A stretch of 63,993 bases of DNA, the filler included, from a bacterium (GTDB lineage Bacteria > UBA9089 > CG2-30-40-21 > SBAY01), in the NCBI GenBank assembly GCA_040757115.1. It is 8 parts of 8 records of this genome, joined end to end, with 100 filler letters (N's around TTAATTAATTAA, not from the genome) between each part and the next. Parts side by side here need not be neighbours in the genome. Positions count along the whole stretch, not along the records: positions 1 to 27,980 come from JBFLYA010000026.1; 7 more parts are not named here. The stretch is one strand, 5' to 3'. Below the pieces are notes generated by a model. That model had not been told where the DNA came from, did no database searches, and was given only the letters and a program-made list of their open reading frames with translations. How positions within the stretch are numbered: the first letter of the stretch is position 1; the number at the start of each line of letters is the position of its first letter. Made by a program: the position numbers and the translations under genes. This document shows positions 9,533 through 19,900 of this stretch, piece after piece.

Positions 9533-11869
9533 ATGAACTACAGTAAAGCATATCCATATTTAAAGGCCCTTCTGGAGGCATTGATAGAGGTAATAAAGCT
9601 AATACCAGTGGTAGGGAACCCTCTTGCTAAGTTTATCTCATCCTTATTTGAACAACTCAAGGTTTGGGACAAGAAGGAGATTAAACAGTTCGAATCTAGT
9701 CTCCACAATCAGACTCCACCTGAACCAAACTTTGTAGGTAGAATTGAGATGTTAAAGGCGATCACAGATTGGTATGGCTCACCTAAGGTAAAGATAGGCG
9801 CATTAGTCGGCTGGGGTGGTGTAGGGAAATCGGCATTGGTCAGAAAGTGGTTTGATAGCCTGAAAGAAAATAACCTCCATCCGGATGGCATATTCTGGTG
9901 GGGATTCTATCGCAATCCTTATCTTGAGCGTTTCCTTGAGGCATTATTTGTCTATCTTTCCCAGGATAGATTCAAACTTGATGACTACAAGACATCCTGG
10001 CAGAAGACTGATAAAATAAAAGAGCTTCTTTTGGAAAGGGAATATCTCATTATCTTAGATGGCTTGGAGGAGATGCAGAAATCGCAAAGCGGTGAAGAAT
10101 TTGGTAAGCTGCAACACCCAGAATTTACCGACTTACTCAAATCCATTGCTGATGCAGATTTTAGAGGCTTGTGCCTGATAACTACAAGGTTTCCTTTGAC
10201 TGACATCAAGAATTACCCAGGCTATCAAAAGCTTGAGATAGAGGAATTATCCAGAGAGGATACCCGGCTATTGTTTCAAAGGATTGGGGTAAGAGGAACA
10301 GAGGATGAGATAGATGACCTCTGGAAAGAATTTAAAGGCCATACCCTGAGCCTTGTTCTCCTGGCAAATTATTTAGGCCCTGGGGGTGATATTAAGAGAG
10401 CAAAGGAAATACCGCCATTTTATTCAGACCAGGAGGCAGGAGGAAAGGCGCGCAGAATGCTTCTTTGGTATGATAAACAATTAAATGAAGAACAAAGAAG
10501 TTTTATGAAGATATTCTCCCTCTTTAGGGGTGCAGTCTCTGAAAGGGAGTTTAAGGGAGCATTCCAAACCAGGGTGGATTTTCATTTTCAGAGAATGCTA
10601 AATGACCTTTGCCAAAGAAGGCTCATTACCAAAGGCTCTGATAATACCTACACCACCCATCCCTTAATCAAGGGCTACTTTGAGTCTATCTTTGATGAAG
10701 AAGAAAAGAGGCTGACCCATAAGGCAATCTATGAATACTTTGGAAAGATGGCAAAAGATATGCCAGAGACACTGGAAGAAATGCAACCCCTGTTTGAGCA
10801 GGTATATCATGGATGTTCTGCTGAGCTTTATGATGAAGTGCTTTATGATGTTTATTGGGAGAAAATTCAACGGGGACAAAAAGGTTTCCTGGTATACAAA
10901 CTTGGTGCCTGGGAGACTGATTTATCTCTTATAAGAAACTTCTTCCCAGACGAAGACCTTTCAAAGATGCCGCTTGTAAGTGAAAAGAGCAAACAGAGCT
11001 GGCTGCTCAATGAAGCAGGACTGGCACTTCTTTCTACAGGCCGGCCAAAAGAGGCAGAGGAGCCATTTTTGACAGCAGTCCGGATGGGTGTTGAGGCAAA
11101 AGACTGGGAAAACGCCTCTACGGGTTATCAAAACTTGACTGGCCTCCGGTTTCGAGCAGGTAGGCTCAAGGAGGCAAATGAGGGTGCCAAAAAGGCACAT
11201 GATGCAGCAGAGAAGGCAGGGTCTGAGAAGAATATCCGTAATTCAAAAGCCTATCTTGCCTGGATACTTCATCTCTTAGGTAAAGATGAGGAGGCAGAAA
11301 AGGGGTTTCAGCAGGCAGATGAACTTGAAAGAAAGATCAGTGGGTATCGGGATTACAGTATAACTGGAGTTTTCTATGCTGACTTCCTGATCTCAATCAA
11401 GCAGATTGATGAGGCTTTTGAACTTACCAAAGCAAACCTTGAGATCTGCCAGAGTGAAAATTGGCCGGATGATATCTCAAGATGTCACCGCTGCTTAGCT
11501 GCCATTGAAAGGCTAAAGGGAAACCATAAAGAAGCTGAGACCCATCTTCAGCAGGCTTTTGAGATTGCTCGCAGGGTGGGCGTTCCTGATCTTGAAATCG
11601 AAGCCTTGCTTGAGTTGAGCAGGTTGTGGTTGGATATGAAAAGATATAAAGAGGCTATCTCTCAGGCAAACCAAATCCTGAAGCTATGTGAAAGAACAGG
11701 CTTTTTACTCTACGAACCCGATGCAGAGCTAATCTTAGCCAGGGCATATCTGGGGTTAAATGATTTTGACCAGACCAAAACCTTCGCCCAATCCGCTTAC
11801 CAAAAAGCCAGCCAGATGCACTACCACTGGCCCAGGGTTGGGGCTGAGCAGCTACTGCGAAATCTGTAA
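9533..11869 (+). CDS. STAND (NB-ARC-like) NTPase + TPR with short N-terminal helical domain; paralog of 5334-8453
   Basis: Aligns with 5334-8453 from SLHNQ onward (GWGGVGKS, LIILDGLE). Unique ~55-aa amphipathic N-terminus. Confidence 0.88.
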   Translation: MNYSKAYPYLKALLEALIEVIKLIPVVGNPLAKFISSLFEQLKVWDKKEIKQFESSLHNQTPPEPNFVGRIEMLKAITDWYGSPKVKIGALVGWGGVGKSALVRKWFDSLKENNLHPDGIFWWGFYRNPYLERFLEALFVYLSQDRFKLDDYKTSWQKTDKIKELLLEREYLIILDGLEEMQKSQSGEEFGKLQHPEFTDLLKSIADADFRGLCLITTRFPLTDIKNYPGYQKLEIEELSREDTRLLFQRIGVRGTEDEIDDLWKEFKGHTLSLVLLANYLGPGGDIKRAKEIPPFYSDQEAGGKARRMLLWYDKQLNEEQRSFMKIFSLFRGAVSEREFKGAFQTRVDFHFQRMLNDLCQRRLITKGSDNTYTTHPLIKGYFESIFDEEEKRLTHKAIYEYFGKMAKDMPETLEEMQPLFEQVYHGCSAELYDEVLYDVYWEKIQRGQKGFLVYKLGAWETDLSLIRNFFPDEDLSKMPLVSEKSKQSWLLNEAGLALLSTGRPKEAEEPFLTAVRMGVEAKDWENASTGYQNLTGLRFRAGRLKEANEGAKKAHDAAEKAGSEKNIRNSKAYLAWILHLLGKDEEAEKGFQQADELERKISGYRDYSITGVFYADFLISIKQIDEAFELTKANLEICQSENWPDDISRCHRCLAAIERLKGNHKEAETHLQQAFEIARRVGVPDLEIEALLELSRLWLDMKRYKEAISQANQILKLCERTGFLLYEPDAELILARAYLGLNDFDQTKTFAQSAYQKASQMHYHWPRVGAEQLLRNL

Positions 11870-12090
11870 CCGTTCAGGTAATCCTTTACCGCAGAGACGC
11901 AAGAGTTCGCAGAGAGGAAAATATCTTTTTTTTCGTGTTTTTCGCGTTTTTCGGTGTTTAAAAAGGCTTAAAAACAGTTAGTCGAAAGTAAGTATTAAAA
12001 GATTAATAAACAGGGAAAGACCCGAAATGCACAAAAAAAGGAAATTTCTGTCTCTGGTGAATAGATTTTAATTTTTTCTCTGCGTCTCTG

Positions 12091-12562
12091 GTAACCGTTC
12101 ACCGCAGAGACACAGAGACGCAGAGAAGAAAATTAAAATTTATGGACGATACGCTTAATCCCATCCTTGAGCACAGGAACATTAAAATTGATCAACAAAC
12201 CTACCCTTTTATTTATCATTTTTAAGTAGGTTAAAAGCTGTGCCTCATGAATTGGAAGTAATTGCTCCACAGTTTTTAATTCTACCACAACTTCTTCTTC
12301 AACAAGAAGATCTAACCGATAGCCACAATCTAATCTAACTCCTTTGTATCTTACAGGTAATTCAACCTGCCTTTTAAAATGTAACCCTAATATTGATAAC
12401 TCATAACATAAACATTCTTCATAGGCAGATTCCAACAAACCTGCTCCCAATGTTTTATGTATTTCAATGGCTGCACCAATAATCTTTTCTGTTATCTAAT
12501 TTATTTCCATGTCTTCTCTGTTCCTCTGCGTCTCTGCGGTAAATTACCACCTGAACGGTTAC
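12091..12562. mobile_element. GTAACCGTTCA...TGAACGGTTAC TIR element carrying a GxxExxY gene between ACCGCAGAGAC(A/G)CAGAG inverted repeats
   Basis: 11-bp TIRs. Deleted sister copies at 16478-16761, 31494-31804 and 57685-58014. Confidence 0.8.
12133..12510 (-). pseudogene. GxxExxY (PD-(D/E)XK-like) protein with nonsense codon at position 5
   Basis: [33 protein letters not shown]...RLDLLVE..VVVELK...GLLINF. The sister copy at 31752 has CAG where this copy has TAG. Confidence 0.85.
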
Positions 12563-12571
12563 AAAATTTGA

Positions 12572-12600
12572 TTGACAGAAATCAGAAACTGTGATAGAAT
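12572..12600 (+). promoter_or_regulatory. sigma70 promoter
   Basis: TTGACA-17-TAGAAT, with an AGGAGG RBS downstream. Confidence 0.8.
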
Positions 12601-12629
12601 AAACTTGTAAAGTTAATGAAATAGGAGGA

Positions 12630-13070
12630 ATGATAAAGATGATTAAGAAAATGATAGGTGGAGTAATATGTTTCCTTATTCTTACCCCTCAAGTTTATTC
12701 CGAGGAGGTTTATAAGATAGGAATTGAAGAGCGGCTCATTCGATTAGAAGAAGGACAGAAGGCATTGAATCAGAGATTTGATGATATGAATCAGAGATTT
12801 GATGATATGAATCAGAGATTGAACGATATGATGGGGATAATGCTTAGCGGTTTTGGGGTTTTGTTGGCTGGGATGTTTAGCCTGACTGGTTTTGTCATCT
12901 GGGACCGCAGAACGGCTATTGCCCCTGTGGCTAAGAAAACTCGAAAATTAGAAGAGGAAGAAGAGTTGATAGTAAAAGCTCTTTTAGAGTATGCAAATGT
13001 TGAACCAAAGATGCAAAAAGTACTCACCAGGTTAGGGCTTTATAAAAAGGAATTGCTTATCTCAACCTGA
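12630..13070 (+). CDS. Signal-peptide/coiled-coil/TM protein (WDRRT motif), copy 1
   Basis: Hydrophobic N-terminus, NQRFDDM heptads, TM helix, own promoter and RBS. Confidence 0.85.
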   Translation: MIKMIKKMIGGVICFLILTPQVYSEEVYKIGIEERLIRLEEGQKALNQRFDDMNQRFDDMNQRLNDMMGIMLSGFGVLLAGMFSLTGFVIWDRRTAIAPVAKKTRKLEEEEELIVKALLEYANVEPKMQKVLTRLGLYKKELLIST

Positions 13071-13088
13071 ACTTAGGTAAATAAACGG

Positions 13089-13390
13089 GTAACTATTCCC
13101 CACGAAGGGCACGGAGAGCACGAAGTGAAATTTGATGAATTATCGAATTCATGAAGCTCAAATATTAACATATATGGTAATACGTCAGTTATTTGGGGAA
13201 ATGAACATTAACCTGCGGAGGACAAAGCAATGAAAATAGTAGGCAAGTAGGTAGTAGGTAAGTAGGAAAGGGATAAAGGATGTGCACGGTATTCCTCTTC
13301 TGGGGGCAATGTCTCCCCCTTTCCTACTCTCCTACTTCCTACTTTCAGGAGAATCCCCCATTTCACTGACTCATTACCTTACAGGTCGAA
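13089..13390. mobile_element. Nested MITE composite (GTAACTATTC end > GxxExxY remnant > GGTAAT..ATTACC element 13176-13378)
   Basis: Nearly identical to 48081-48382. Confidence 0.75.
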
Positions 13391-13406
13391 AATATTTAAA
13401 ATTTGA

Positions 13407-13435
13407 TTGACAGAAATCAGAAACTGTGATAAAAT
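13407..13435 (+). promoter_or_regulatory. sigma70 promoter
   Basis: TTGACA-17-TAAAAT. Confidence 0.8.
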
Positions 13436-13464
13436 AAAATTGTAAAGTTAATGAAATAGGAGGA

Positions 13465-13926
13465 ATGATAAAGATGATTAAGAAAATGATAGGTGGAGTA
13501 ATATGTTTCCTTATTTTTACCCCTCAAGTTTATTCCGAGGAGGTTTATAAGATAGGGATTGAAGAACGGCTCATTCGATTAGAAGAAGGACAGAAGACAC
13601 TGAATCAAAGATTGGATGATATAAATCAGAGATTTAATGATATGAATCAGAGATTTGATGATATGAATCAGAGATTGAACGATATGATGGGGATAATGCT
13701 TAGCGGTTTTGGGGTTTTGTTGGCTGGGATGTTTAGCCTGACTGGTTTTGTCATCTGGGACCGCAGAACGGCTATTGCCCCTGTGGCTAAGAAAACTCGA
13801 AAATTAGAAGAGGAAGAAGAGTTGATAGTAAAAGCTCTTTTAGAGTATGCAAATGTTGAACCAAAGATGCAAAAAGTACTCACCAGGTTAGGGCTTTATA
13901 AAAGGGAATTGCTTATCTCAACCTGA
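13465..13926 (+). CDS. Signal-peptide/coiled-coil/TM protein, copy 2 (+7 aa)
   Basis: Near-identical to copy 1 with one extra heptad. Confidence 0.85.
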   Translation: MIKMIKKMIGGVICFLIFTPQVYSEEVYKIGIEERLIRLEEGQKTLNQRLDDINQRFNDMNQRFDDMNQRLNDMMGIMLSGFGVLLAGMFSLTGFVIWDRRTAIAPVAKKTRKLEEEEELIVKALLEYANVEPKMQKVLTRLGLYKRELLIST

Positions 13927-13945
13927 ACTTAGGTAAATAAACGGG

Positions 13946-14182
13946 GTAACCGTTCAGGCTATATATCAAAAGTGTAAGAAAGGGGATAAGGAGATAAGAG
14001 TGATATGGAGATAAGATAATAGAAATAGATTGAAATTTATAGAAATAGGTAGAAATTGATTGTGGAAAACAACAAATTTCCATAAATTTCTATTAGTTTC
14101 TATTAATTTCAATTTTTTTAATAATATCTCCCTATCTCCTTAATCTCCACATCTCCTTTTGTTACACCACCTGAACGCTTAC
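13946..14182. mobile_element. GTAAC-TIR MITE with GGAGATAA/TTATCTCC inverted cargo
   Basis: GTAACCGTTCAGG...CCTGAACGCTTAC. The right half is repeated at 33457-33575. Confidence 0.75.
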
Positions 14183-14191
14183 AAAATTTGA

Positions 14192-14220
14192 TTGACAGAA
14201 ATCAGAAACTGTGATAGAAT
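14192..14220 (+). promoter_or_regulatory. sigma70 promoter
   Basis: TTGACA-17-TAGAAT. Confidence 0.8.
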
Positions 14221-14249
14221 AAAATTGTAAAGTTAATGAAATAGGAGGA

Positions 14250-14744
14250 ATGATAAAGATGATTAAGAAAATGATAGGTGGAGTAATATGTTTCCTTATT
14301 CTTACCCCTCAAGTTTATTCCGAGGAGGTTTATAAGATAGGGATTGAAGAACGGCTCATTCGATTAGAAGAAGGACAGAAGACACTGAATCAGAGATTGG
14401 ATGATATAAATCAGAGATTTAATGATATGAATCAGAGATTTGATGATATGAATCAGAAATTTAATCAGAGATTTGATGATATGAATCAGAGATTGAACGA
14501 TATGATGGGGATAATGCTTAGCGGTTTTGGGGTTTTGTTGGCTGGGATGTTTAGCTTGACTGGTTTTGTCATCTGGGACCGCAGAACGGCTATTGCCCCT
14601 GTGGCTAAGAAAACTCGAAAATTAGAAGAGGAAGAAGAGTTGATAGTAAAAGCTCTTTTAGAGTATGCAAATGTTGAACCAAAGATGCAAAAAGTACTCA
14701 CCAGGTTAGGGCTTTATAAAAAGGAATTGCTTATCTCAACCTGA
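14250..14744 (+). CDS. Signal-peptide/coiled-coil/TM protein, copy 3 (+18 aa)
   Basis: Near-identical to copies 1 and 2, with an extra 7+11 residues. Confidence 0.85.
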   Translation: MIKMIKKMIGGVICFLILTPQVYSEEVYKIGIEERLIRLEEGQKTLNQRLDDINQRFNDMNQRFDDMNQKFNQRFDDMNQRLNDMMGIMLSGFGVLLAGMFSLTGFVIWDRRTAIAPVAKKTRKLEEEEELIVKALLEYANVEPKMQKVLTRLGLYKKELLIST

Positions 14745-14872
14745 ACTTAGGTAAATAAACGGTAAATATTGTTCCATAGCCAGCGGTTTTACTTTCCATC
14801 ATTATCCTGCCGTGGTAATCGTTCAGGCTCACCTGTAAAATCTGTATTTATCTGCGTCCAATATAATTTCCT

Positions 14873-15835
14873 ATGGATTCAAGAGAAAAAATGCAAATAC
14901 TTGAAATTAAAGATTTAAATGTGCAATATAAAACCTCCAGAGGCTGTGTTAAAGCAGTAGATGGAGTATCTTTTGGGCTAAAAAAAGGTGAAGCGATTGG
15001 ATTAGTCGGTGAATCTGGATGTGGAAAAACATCTGTGGCGATGGCAATTATGAAACTTTTACCAAACAACGCTCAAATAATCTCTGGTCAGATACTCTTT
15101 AAAGATGAAGACTTAATCCCAAAGACAGATAAACAGATGCAAAAAATACGCTCAAGGTGTATTTCTTTGATTTTTCAATCGGCAATGAATGCCTTAAATC
15201 CAGTATATCGGGTTGAAAATCAAATAATTGAGGTAATCAGAAGGCATATCGCAATCACTAAAAAAGACGCCAGGATAAGGGTAAAAGAATTGTATGATTT
15301 AGTTGGAATGGATTATAGTTTTGCCAGGCAGTATCCCCATGAATATAGTGGTGGGATGAAACAACGGGCAATAATAGCTATGGCACTTGCCTGTAATCCA
15401 GAGATTATTATTGCGGATGAGCCGACAACCGCTTTAGATGTTATTGTTCAAGACCAGATAATAAAAAAAATCGTTGAAATTCAACATAAACTTAATATGG
15501 CTCTTATTTACATCTCACATGATATTGGGGTTATTGCGGAAACCTGCAATCGAGTGGCCGTAATGTATGCGGGGAAAATAATGGAATATGCACCAACGAA
15601 AATGCTTTTTAATACCCCACTGCATCCCTATACTCAAGGGCTTTTATCTTCTTACCCCACTATATCTGGTGAGAAAAGAAAATTATCCTCAATTCCACTT
15701 GAGTCAATGAATAAGTTTAATTCTGATGTTATTTGTAGCTTTTACCAGAGATGTTCATTTTCAAAGGATATTTGTAGGGAACAAAAACCTGTGTATCGTG
15801 AGATTGAAAAGGAACACTGGGTTTTATGTCATTAA
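14873..15835 (+). CDS. Oligopeptide/dipeptide ABC transporter ATP-binding subunit (OppD/DppD-like)
   Basis: GESGCGKT, YSGGMKQR, IADEPTTALD, HPYTQGL and a C-terminal Cys cluster. Confidence 0.9.
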   Translation: MDSREKMQILEIKDLNVQYKTSRGCVKAVDGVSFGLKKGEAIGLVGESGCGKTSVAMAIMKLLPNNAQIISGQILFKDEDLIPKTDKQMQKIRSRCISLIFQSAMNALNPVYRVENQIIEVIRRHIAITKKDARIRVKELYDLVGMDYSFARQYPHEYSGGMKQRAIIAMALACNPEIIIADEPTTALDVIVQDQIIKKIVEIQHKLNMALIYISHDIGVIAETCNRVAVMYAGKIMEYAPTKMLFNTPLHPYTQGLLSSYPTISGEKRKLSSIPLESMNKFNSDVICSFYQRCSFSKDICREQKPVYREIEKEHWVLCH

Positions 15836-15851
15836 GGAGGTGAATTTAATA

Positions 15852-16187
15852 ATGGAAAGGGTTAATGAAAACGAAAAGGAATACCGCGGCGGTGATTCTG
15901 GGCCAAAATACCTATTTCGAGGGCAAAGAATGGAATGGGGGATTATCCGATTTAAGTCGGGGCAAACATTAGGGGCTCATTTTCATAATGAGGTAGAAGA
16001 AACCTTTTTTTTCATTTTCGGAACGCCTCAAATGGTGATTGATAACCAGAGTTATCGAGTTAAAGAAGGGGACGCATTTAAGATTTTACCAAAGGAAAAA
16101 CATGATATAATCAATGACACAGAAGAAACAATAAGAATTATCTTCATTAAAGTCCCTTATTTGCCAGAAGATAAGGTGAATTGTTGA
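15852..16187 (+). CDS. Cupin domain protein
   Basis: HFHNEVEETF..G...GD....P.EKH motif. AGGAGG RBS before ATG 15852. Confidence 0.85.
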   Translation: MERVNENEKEYRGGDSGPKYLFRGQRMEWGIIRFKSGQTLGAHFHNEVEETFFFIFGTPQMVIDNQSYRVKEGDAFKILPKEKHDIINDTEETIRIIFIKVPYLPEDKVNC

Positions 16188-16220
16188 GTTAACGACAACC
16201 CTTTAACTTGCTTATATTTC

Positions 16221-16888
16221 GTAACTATTCAGCCACTGATTAACACGGATTAGAACGGATAAATACAGAGAGCAGAGGGCAGAAAGCAGAGGACAACAGG
16301 AGAAAAAACCTTCAGCCTAATTACGGATACGGAAAACGGACACGATTTACGAATTTTGTAACCGTTCAGGTTATACATGAGAAGTGTAAGAAAGGAGATA
16401 AGGGGATTGGGGAGATGTGGAGATTATAAATTTCCTGGATAACTGGGCAAAATGGTCATGCAAAAAGACTAACTTTCGTAACCGTTCACCGCAGAGACAC
16501 AGAGACGCAGAGAAGAAAATTAAAATTTATGGACGATAGGCTTAACATCCCTGATTTTCATCAGTGCAAGCTCTTGAGTCCAACAACATTAAACTTGCCC
16601 TGATGAAAATCAGGGATGGATTAACAAATCTGGCTTGCCGGCTGAACATTCGGCAAGCAGGTCCTATGTATTTCAATGGCTACACCAATAATCTTTTCTG
16701 TTATCTGATTTCTTCTCTGTTCCTCTGCGTCTCTGCGGTAAATTACCACCTGAACGGTTACTAACTTTCATAACCCCTAAACCAAACCAGCCTCCTAATC
16801 GTAATCCTTTCACCAAAAAACTCCTAAATATATCCCCTTATCTCCTTTATCTCCATATCTCCTTTTCTTACACTACCTGAACGCTTAC
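16221..16888. mobile_element. Triple-nested GTAAC-TIR MITEs; the inner one (16478-16761) is a deleted GxxExxY element holding a CATCCCTGATTTTCATCAG TIR mini-element (16546-16618)
   Basis: Left ends at 16221, 16358 and 16478; right ends at 16761 and 16888. An 8-bp TSD TAACTTTC flanks 16478-16761. Confidence 0.8.
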
Positions 16889-16931
16889 AATATTTTTTAC
16901 CCATAAATTTTACACGCACCCAAAAAACCAG

Positions 16932-16960
16932 TTGACTTTTTAGAGATTGAGTGGTAAAAT
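16932..16960 (+). promoter_or_regulatory. sigma70 promoter
   Basis: TTGACT-17-TAAAAT. Confidence 0.65.
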
Positions 16961-16973
16961 GCTATGGTGTCAA

Positions 16974-19900
16974 ATGACCAGATTAAATATTTTATTATGT
17001 ATGCTAATAATTTTTATTGCCAGCGCTTCCTCTGCTCAGCAACCCAAAAATATAAAACATTCCAATATTACTGCCACACAGTTTTTTGTCTCGTGGATTA
17101 CTGATGGAGTCGGAACAGGGGCAATTAAATATGGAACAAATTCTGCCAATCTTAATCTCATTGCTTATGATGAGAGAGGGGAAGAGATTCCAGATGATGT
17201 CCATCATATACGAGCTGTTGGCGTAACCGCTGAAACAACTTATTACTATGATATTCTCAGCGATGGTATCACTTATAATAACGCAGGACAACATTATACA
17301 ATTACTACCGGGACTGAATCGATACCTCCAACTGGTGACAATCCAGGATTTGGCACGATTACCAAGTTCGGTAATCCGGTTCAAAATCGTAGTTGCATAG
17401 TTTATTTAAAGCTACAGGAGAAAAATACCAATAACATTTCTGCCCTTCAATCTATGCTTGTAACTCATCCAGAAGGAATATGGGTTACTTACTTAAATAG
17501 TTTTACCAAATCAGATTTATCAGGTGAGTTTAAATATACGGTTAATTCTAACTATCAGTTGATAATTTTTGCTGAAGGCGCAAATGAAGGGGCGGCGGGG
17601 ATGATTCTCGATATAAAAGACCCACCACTTCATCAACCTGCCCCGGATTTAGAAATTGGTTCGGATACAACCCCTCCTTTCATTGATGACCCAAAACCTG
17701 TTTTCAATGCGACTCAGGTTAATGTCAATAGCAATATTACCCTCCATCTTAAAGACACGGGCTATGGAGCAGATGTAAATACTTTAGTTATGAAGATAAA
17801 CAATACAACAGTCACCCCAACAAAGATTGGCACACCGCAAGATTATTATATATTTTATATCCCGGCTCAACCTTTTGAATTCGGCACGCAGGTAAAAGTA
17901 AGTATTTATGCCAGAGACTTAGCCACGTCTGCGAATACATTAGATACATTCTACACATTTACCACAACATCTGACCCTAATCCACCAGTTATTACCGGGC
18001 GAATACCTGCCCCAAATGCGACTGAAGTTGCGGTAGATACAAATATTACTATCTTTCTCCAGGATATGGATAGTGGTATTGCCACCTCAACGATTATTAT
18101 GAAGGTAAATGGTGAAAGGGTATATCCACAAATAAGTGGTACTTTACCTAAATATTGCACCCTTGTTTATGACCCTGCTCAAGATTTTAAATATAGTCAA
18201 CTGGTCAATGTTTCACTTGAGGTAGCTGATAATTCCTCAAATCCTCTACAATCTACATATACCTTTATGACTAAACTGGATAATACCCCCCCCCAGACTT
18301 CAGTCCATATCCCGCAAAAAAATGATACCAATGTGCCAATTAATATTCTTATTCTGTTTAATATTATTGATGAAGACGCCGGTGTAGCAAGTTCGACGAT
18401 TGTCTTCAGAGTAAATGGGGCAACGATTACGACCTATTTGTTAAATGAAATTCCACAGGGCTATTTTCTTTATTATGACCCGCCGGTTGATTTTGACTAT
18501 GGGCAAATAATTGATCTCTATTTACAGGTAGAAGATTTTGCCACAGTCCCCAATAAACTTATTGAAAACTATACATTTACCATAACTACAGATATTATTC
18601 CACCAAAGGTTATCTATCGTAAGCCTGATATAAGAGAAACTCAAGTCCCGGTTGAAACAAACATTACCGTCTATATTCGGGATGACGAATTGGGTGTAGA
18701 TAAAAATTCGATTGTCCTGTTTGTAAATGAAGAAAATGTAACTGGCAAACTCACCATTACCGGGACAAAAACAGAGTATTTAGTCAATTATGACCCGACG
18801 GTTCACTTTGACTATAACCAGGTTGTCCGTGTCCGTATCAATGCCAAAGATTTAGCCAATAACCCTATGCCACAAGATGCCTATACCTTCACGACTAAAA
18901 TAGATGATATAAAACCTTATGTAACTGACCATTTCCCGGCTAAAGGAACTCAAGGGGTTAAGGTCGATACCACAATTATGTTCAATCTAAAGGATAATGA
19001 ATCTGGTGTGAATATTTCTACTATGATTTTTTTCGTAGAAGGTATTGATGTGACCTTAGAGGTGAAAATTACAGGGACAAAATCAGCCTATAATATCTTT
19101 TATAAACCAAAAGATAATTTTTATTATGGACAGGTAGTAGATATAATGATTAAAACCTTTGATTTTGGTTCAAATACTGTTGAAGAGATTTACTCTTTCA
19201 CGAGTGAGCCAGATATGATAAAACCTGAGATTTCTGACCAATTTCCTCCTAAGTGGGCAACCCAAACCCCCAAAAATACTGATATTCGCTTCATCATCTC
19301 TGACAATGAATCTGGAATAAATCCTGAAACGATTATCCTGAAGGTTAATGGTCTGCCGATATACATTAATAAAACGCCAATAACTCCTCCAAAGGCATAT
19401 TTAATTGCTTCAAATCTCCTTAATTTTGGGTATAATGAGGTTGTAGAGATATATATTGAGGCAGGGGATAATTTTGGTAATATCGCCACTGAAACATATA
19501 CCTTTACGACTATCCAGGATAAGAAAAAACCCTATACCGCTGAACATTACCCTGCACCGGCGGCAATAGATGTGCCGGTAGATACAAATATTATCGTGAG
19601 TGTTTGTGATGATGAATCTGGAGTAGTCAGGGAGAATATTTTATTAAAGGTGAACAATAGCACCATAACGACGATGAGTGTTTTCCCAATATTAAATGGT
19701 TTTACCCTTATCTATGACCCGATAAAGAATTTTAATTATGGGGAGGAAGTGCTTATTTATATTAAAGTTGAAGATAAGGCTGGAAATTTAGCCACACAAA
19801 CTTATACCTTTACCATCACAAAAGATATTACCCCACCTTATACCTCAGATTATAACCCGACTCCGTTTGCCGCAGATGTGCCAATTAATACAGATGTTGT

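Noticed and set aside
6270-11869. DGR template/variable repeat pair
   Set aside because: Both copies are full coding paralogs, differences are not adenine-specific, and no reverse transcriptase is seen.
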